In this document: one piece after another, positions 59,993 through 64,000 of the stretch
Layout of the letters: every line of letters begins with the position of its first letter
Position numbering within the stretch: position 1 is the first letter of the stretch
Assembly (NCBI GenBank): GCA_002162955.1
Contig: MABD01000037.1
Location: forward strand, 222,031-286,030
From: Gammaproteobacteria bacterium 45_16_T64
GTDB lineage: Bacteria > Pseudomonadota > Gammaproteobacteria > Pseudomonadales > Ketobacteraceae
Length of the DNA stretch: 64,000 nt
Reading direction: 5' to 3'
Translations under genes and position numbers: made by a program
Notes under the pieces: generated by a model
Told to the model about the DNA's origin: nothing
Database searches by the model: none
The model's input: the letters and a program-made list of their open reading frames with translations, nothing else

Positions 59993-60652
59993 TTATATCG
60001 CCAACTGAGGAATTATGCCAGAACCCCAAATAATGATTGTCGCTCCCATGGTACCGACCAAGGTGCAAAGTCCCACGGTTAGAATAGACGACGAGAAGAT
60101 AAACCCCCGCTCTTCGGGAATATCCATATAAATTGGAACGCCGACATATAACAAATATAGGCTGTAGCTAACCGCGCATAACACCACGAGCACATTCACC
60201 CAAAGCACTGGAAACAACCCGATAAGACCCACGAAGAACATAGGCGTCGCAGTAAAACTGATAAACGTTAAGCAGCGCTGGAAGCTAGCATCCACACCAA
60301 ACGTCTTTTCCATCCAGAATGTCGCGTAAGCCATAATCGCTATCCCCACAAGCATAGCGCCATAGAATGCAAAAGATAAGGGTACCGCTCGTTCAACTGA
60401 TAGCTTCGTATACTCGTCGCCGGTTAAACTCCATCCCACCTGAGTCATTCCTAAATACAGCGATATCGCAGGAATCGCCGCGAGAAAAGCCAAATGCATC
60501 AGGTACACATGACTCATACTATAATTTTCAGTCTTTATTGAGTTCCACTCGCGATGTGGATGTGAAAACAAACCATAGAGGTGTTGTAAATACATATATC
60601 TGCATCCTTTTTTGTTTCCCCCATTGTAGGCATATGCAGAAAAATTCCGCAA
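59993..60652 (-). CDS. Yip1-domain multi-pass membrane protein.
   Basis: Five hydrophobic helices. 200 to 219 aa. Confidence 0.45.
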   Translation of the reverse strand: MRNFSAYAYNGGNKKGCRYMYLQHLYGLFSHPHREWNSIKTENYSMSHVYLMHLAFLAAIPAISLYLGMTQVGWSLTGDEYTKLSVERAVPLSFAFYGAMLVGIAIMAYATFWMEKTFGVDASFQRCLTFISFTATPMFFVGLIGLFPVLWVNVLVVLCAVSYSLYLLYVGVPIYMDIPEERGFIFSSSILTVGLCTLVGTMGATIIIWGSGIIPQLAI

Positions 60653-60760
60653 ACGCCTGCTTATGGGGTTTTGCTCTATTATTCTTGTTTTTTAGAAGCA
60701 AAAGAATACAACACCACTTCTCTACAACGCCTCAACTCTCTCATGGCCAGTGTATCCGAC

Positions 60761-61294
60761 TTAGCCTATTTGAGACACTTTTAATAACCAAAGAATATCA
60801 GCCAATATTTCTTTCCCACTAATTTCTGGGGAAAAACGTATGACTAAATTACCTAGGGGGTCTATCAGCCATATACTATTATCATCCGCCGGCAACTGGT
60901 TTTGAGTCAACCACAGAGCCATCTCTTCTGTCACTTGAGTCATCTCTTGCGGCTCGTTAGTAGGCGGGAATAATTCGTGATCGCTTTTCTTCAACCAAAT
61001 GGACTGCAATCGATTAAATTCCTTGCCCAGTGCTTTATGCACCTGCTGCATGACAACCAACTGCTCTTTACAATCTTTTTCGCACTCCTGTCCAACCAAC
61101 ATCAACCCCCATCGTCCATGCTGAAGATCCGATAACCCTTTCGGTACGACTAGCCCAGACGACATTAACTGACCATTATTTTTTGTTCCGTCAGGCAACC
61201 CAAACCCTGTACCCGCAATAAACCACGCCAGTAATGCCGGGCCAAAGCCAATAATAAAGAGTATTTTAAGTTGCCAATTCTTGCTGATTTTCAT
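60761..61294 (-). CDS. Cytochrome-oxidase-cluster-associated hypothetical protein (N-terminal TM).
   Basis: Position immediately downstream of SURF1 in the cox cluster. No motif. Confidence 0.4.
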   Translation of the reverse strand: MKISKNWQLKILFIIGFGPALLAWFIAGTGFGLPDGTKNNGQLMSSGLVVPKGLSDLQHGRWGLMLVGQECEKDCKEQLVVMQQVHKALGKEFNRLQSIWLKKSDHELFPPTNEPQEMTQVTEEMALWLTQNQLPADDNSIWLIDPLGNLVIRFSPEISGKEILADILWLLKVSQIG

Positions 61295-62006
61295 TTTTCA
61301 CCCGACTTATTGATATTTTTATGAAGAGGATAAGACATGCTATTCCGATCAGTGCCCACTGCAAAGCATATCCGAGATGCATGTGATATTTATTTTTAAA
61401 ATGAACAATTGGCAAGGGCCAGTCTGATATTTTAACCGTTGAATAGACCACAGCAGGATAGTAACGTAAACCTCTATGATCTTCTAACAACGAAATTTCA
61501 ATGTGCTGGAGTAATTCTGGCCAAGCAGGATCAAGCTTTGCATCTTGCAACATAAACCCTTCACTTGGAAACTTCGTCATCCCATCAATCGCGACCCATT
61601 TCGGGATTTCATAGGTAGGTATCAGCCCTTCGACTCGAGGTTGCCAACCAATATTGATCAATACACGGTCATAAGGTACATCGCTTTCTGGAATTTCTAT
61701 ATCGACTAGCACTTCCCTACCAGGGACACCGTGCCTGGTACGATTATCCAATAGATACCAATCGACAACACTCCCCGCCACCAATACTCGCTGGTATTCC
61801 TCGGGCACAAATGGTAGCGCTACGGGCGAAAATGCATTTTTTTCTTGCTGTAATATATTACGTTCATTCGCTGAAACACCGCGTTGCCACTGCCATATAG
61901 CCAAAACAAGACACAACATAATAGCGCTAAGTGTAAATAAGAAAAAATAGATTCCTGAAGAAAACTGGCATTGGCCGAAACGAAAACTCAGGTTATAGTG
62001 CCTCAA
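61266..62006 (-). CDS. SURF1-family cytochrome oxidase assembly protein.
   Basis: Two TM segments flanking a periplasmic domain. Typical position after coxC. Confidence 0.7.
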   Translation of the reverse strand: MRHYNLSFRFGQCQFSSGIYFFLFTLSAIMLCLVLAIWQWQRGVSANERNILQQEKNAFSPVALPFVPEEYQRVLVAGSVVDWYLLDNRTRHGVPGREVLVDIEIPESDVPYDRVLINIGWQPRVEGLIPTYEIPKWVAIDGMTKFPSEGFMLQDAKLDPAWPELLQHIEISLLEDHRGLRYYPAVVYSTVKISDWPLPIVHFKNKYHMHLGYALQWALIGIACLILFIKISISRVKNENQQELAT

Positions 62007-62035
62007 TCAATTCTTTCCTTACTAAGGCGCGAACT

Positions 62036-62221
62036 ATGTCATTTAAACTACTCATCGTCATTGGACTCATCATAGTTGTTATTAGTTTGTTCTATAGTTT
62101 CTTCCATTTAGTTACGTCAGAAAAAACTGGCAACAAAGTTCTCGTACCTCTTGCGTTCCGTGTTATAGCCAGTATCGCTGCATTGATACTGGCCTATCTT
62201 CAACTAAGTCAAAAAACATAA
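62036..62221 (+). CDS. Small two-TM protein (DUF2909-like), encoded antisense between coxC and SURF1.
   Basis: 61 aa with two hydrophobic helices. The minus-strand frames here are closed. Confidence 0.4.
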   Translation: MSFKLLIVIGLIIVVISLFYSFFHLVTSEKTGNKVLVPLAFRVIASIAALILAYLQLSQKT

Positions 62222-63099
62222 ACCAACATAAACAACATTAACCAAACCACATCAACAAAGTGCCAATACCAGGCCCCCGCTTCAAAGGCGAAATGATTGT
62301 CTGCGGTAAAATGTCCTTTCAGCACCCGAACAAAGACAACAAGTAGAATAATAGTTCCGACGGTTACGTGGGCACCATGAAACCCAGTTAACAAGAAGAA
62401 GGTTGATGCATACACCCCCGTTTCAAGCGTAAGATTCAGGTGATTGTAAGCCTCCATATATTCATAGGCCTGAAACCCCAAGAAAGTTATACCTAGAGCT
62501 AGTGTAACCAGCATAAACAGTTTTATTTTTGCACGATTCCCTGCTTTTAACGCATGATGAGCAAAGGTTAGGGTAAAACTAGAGGTCACCAATAGAATAG
62601 TATTGAGTAGCGGTATATGCCAAGGATCAATTATCGCATCAGGACTTGGGAATTTTTCTGGATCGGGGTTCACCAAAAGCGGCCATTGGGCAGCAAAATC
62701 TGGCCACAACATATGAGCCATTCCTTTATCCCCTTCACCACCGATCCACGGTATAGACAATACCCTGACATAAAATAACACGCCGAAGAATGCGGCAAAG
62801 AACATGACTTCTGAAAAGATAAACCATCCCATTCCTTTTCGAAATGAGGCTGTCAATTGATTCGAATATAAACCCTCGTGGCTTTCCGATATCACATTAC
62901 CGAACCAACCAGCGAACATATACGCCATCACTAAGGAGCCCACTAGGAAGACCCCCAAACTTAGCCCCATATCTTGATTTTGGCGCATATCTGAAAGCAC
63001 CATCGCTAGACCACCCAGCGTCAAAAATATGCCAGTAGCAGCAACAATTGGCCAATGACTTTGCTGTGGAACATAATATTCTTGATGTGTACCCATCAC
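62209..63099 (-). CDS. coxC: Cytochrome c oxidase subunit III.
   Basis: 7-TM COX3 pattern ending in ...HFVDVVWLMLF. Confidence 0.85.
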   Translation of the reverse strand: MMGTHQEYYVPQQSHWPIVAATGIFLTLGGLAMVLSDMRQNQDMGLSLGVFLVGSLVMAYMFAGWFGNVISESHEGLYSNQLTASFRKGMGWFIFSEVMFFAAFFGVLFYVRVLSIPWIGGEGDKGMAHMLWPDFAAQWPLLVNPDPEKFPSPDAIIDPWHIPLLNTILLVTSSFTLTFAHHALKAGNRAKIKLFMLVTLALGITFLGFQAYEYMEAYNHLNLTLETGVYASTFFLLTGFHGAHVTVGTIILLVVFVRVLKGHFTADNHFAFEAGAWYWHFVDVVWLMLFMLVYVF

Positions 63100-63175
63100 T
63101 AAATCCTATGGTTAGCCGATGTTAATTTAACAGTATCTTATTATTTATATTTTGATCGTATACCTTGCCACAGCA

Positions 63176-63709
63176 TTATCGTTGCGCCAGAGAATCGGCC
63201 TCTGGCGTGACATCAAACAAAGTATAGGACAATGTGAGTTTTGTAATATGCTCAGGCAAATCGGAATCTACAAAAAACAAGAGAGGCATATTTTTATTTT
63301 CACCCGCAAGTAGATCTTGCTGCTCAAAACAAAAACACTCTATTTTATGTAGAAACGGGGCGGCCTCTGAAGGTGCAACACTCGGCACCGCTTGAGCAAC
63401 TACAGGAGCGTTGGTTGGGTTTATTACATTAAACATCACTTGACGTTTCTCCCCCAATTTCACGCTCACCTGCTCTTCTACTGGTTTAAACGGCCAACCC
63501 AAATTTGCATTGTGATTGCTAACAAACTGAACCTTTATCGTTCGTTCCTCGACATTAAGTTCAGCAGTGGAGGCTTCATAGGCGCCGGATGTTTTTCCAT
63601 TGATACCTGTCCACTCGCAAAAAACCGTGTAGATAGGCACCAACAGAAATCCAAATCCAAACATTGCAACGCAAATGAGAGCCAGTGGTAATGGTCTGGC
63701 AAGCTTCAT
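63176..63709 (-). CDS. ctaG: Cytochrome c oxidase assembly protein CtaG/Cox11.
   Basis: N-terminal TM and the copper-binding CFCF motif (KIECFCFEQQ). Confidence 0.8.
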   Translation of the reverse strand: MKLARPLPLALICVAMFGFGFLLVPIYTVFCEWTGINGKTSGAYEASTAELNVEERTIKVQFVSNHNANLGWPFKPVEEQVSVKLGEKRQVMFNVINPTNAPVVAQAVPSVAPSEAAPFLHKIECFCFEQQDLLAGENKNMPLLFFVDSDLPEHITKLTLSYTLFDVTPEADSLAQR

Positions 63710-63712
63710 CAG

Positions 63713-64000
63713 TTAATCCACCTTAGGCGGTGTCGCGAATGTATGATATGGCGCAGGGGAAGGAATTGTCCACTCTAGGCCTTCTGCACTTTCCCAAGGG
63801 CTTTGAGGGGCTGCTTTTCCGCTGCGCAATGTTTTGATAAGGATAAAGACAAAGATCAGCTGGCTAGTTCCAAACAAGAACGCTCCAACACTCACTATCA
63901 TATTAAAATCGGCAAACTGTAGCGGATAATCTGGTATCCGCCTTGGCATGCCCGCCAATCCAACAAAGTGCATTGGGAAGAACGTCAGATTTAGACCCAC
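63713..64000 (-). CDS. coxA: Cytochrome c oxidase subunit I, C-terminal end (truncated by the window edge).
   Basis: GLNLTFFPMHFVGLAGMPRRIPDYP is the conserved COX1 C-terminal region. Confidence 0.85.
   Translation of the reverse strand: MGLNLTFFPMHFVGLAGMPRRIPDYPLQFADFNMIVSVGAFLFGTSQLIFVFILIKTLRSGKAAPQSPWESAEGLEWTIPSPAPYHTFATPPKVD

Noticed and set aside
1-64000. Searched by eye for tRNA (GGTTCGAATCC-type T-arms), rRNA, CRISPR repeats, IS inverted repeats, and transposase or integrase ORFs.
   Set aside because: None found. The window appears to be ordinary chromosome without mobile-element hallmarks, although the Rhs region (24.7 to 29.5 kb) may be horizontally acquired.

Overview
This 64 kb window reads as gammaproteobacterial chromosome, probably from a marine organism, and I found no rRNA, tRNA, CRISPR, IS or integrase signatures. 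It is gene-dense on both strands. Left to right it contains:
- Housekeeping genes (rsuA, rsmC, a spermidine-synthase-like gene, a csdA-csdE fusion convergent with tcdA, an orphan P450, ribE).
- A lipid-related stretch (FabR-like TetR, PlsC-like acyltransferase, patatin, an alpha/beta hydrolase).
- A NarL-type two-component system next to a 7TMR-DISM hybrid histidine kinase.
- A compact curli secretion operon (CsgB-like curlin, csgE, csgF, csgG) with unusual features.
- A GST gene and a deiodinase-like membrane protein.
- A YD/Rhs-repeat giant protein with flanking secreted and redoxin proteins.
- A c-di-GMP and surface cluster (flotillin, three GGDEF cyclases including a 7TMR-DISM one, an 801 aa lipoprotein).
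- A PaaX-like regulator with a desaturase, a thioesterase and a START-domain gene.
- Two paralogous TetR plus FadL/TodX outer-membrane transporter modules.
- An 8 kb minus-strand catabolic operon (VOC dioxygenase, FAH hydrolase, PcpB/MhpA-like flavin monooxygenase, a tandem GST-GST, a GST, LysR, SRPBCC).
- The 3' end of an aa3-type cytochrome oxidase cluster (coxA end, cox11, coxC, SURF1).

The best candidates for something not previously described are:
- The putative (halo)hydroquinone and halophenol degradation operon, whose GSTs carry an S-x-C motif.
- The atypical curli locus, in which CsgG has a CsgF-like C-terminal domain.
- The repeated operator motifs around the TetR and FadL modules.

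All calls are based on reading the supplied translations and sequence by eye. No database searches were run.
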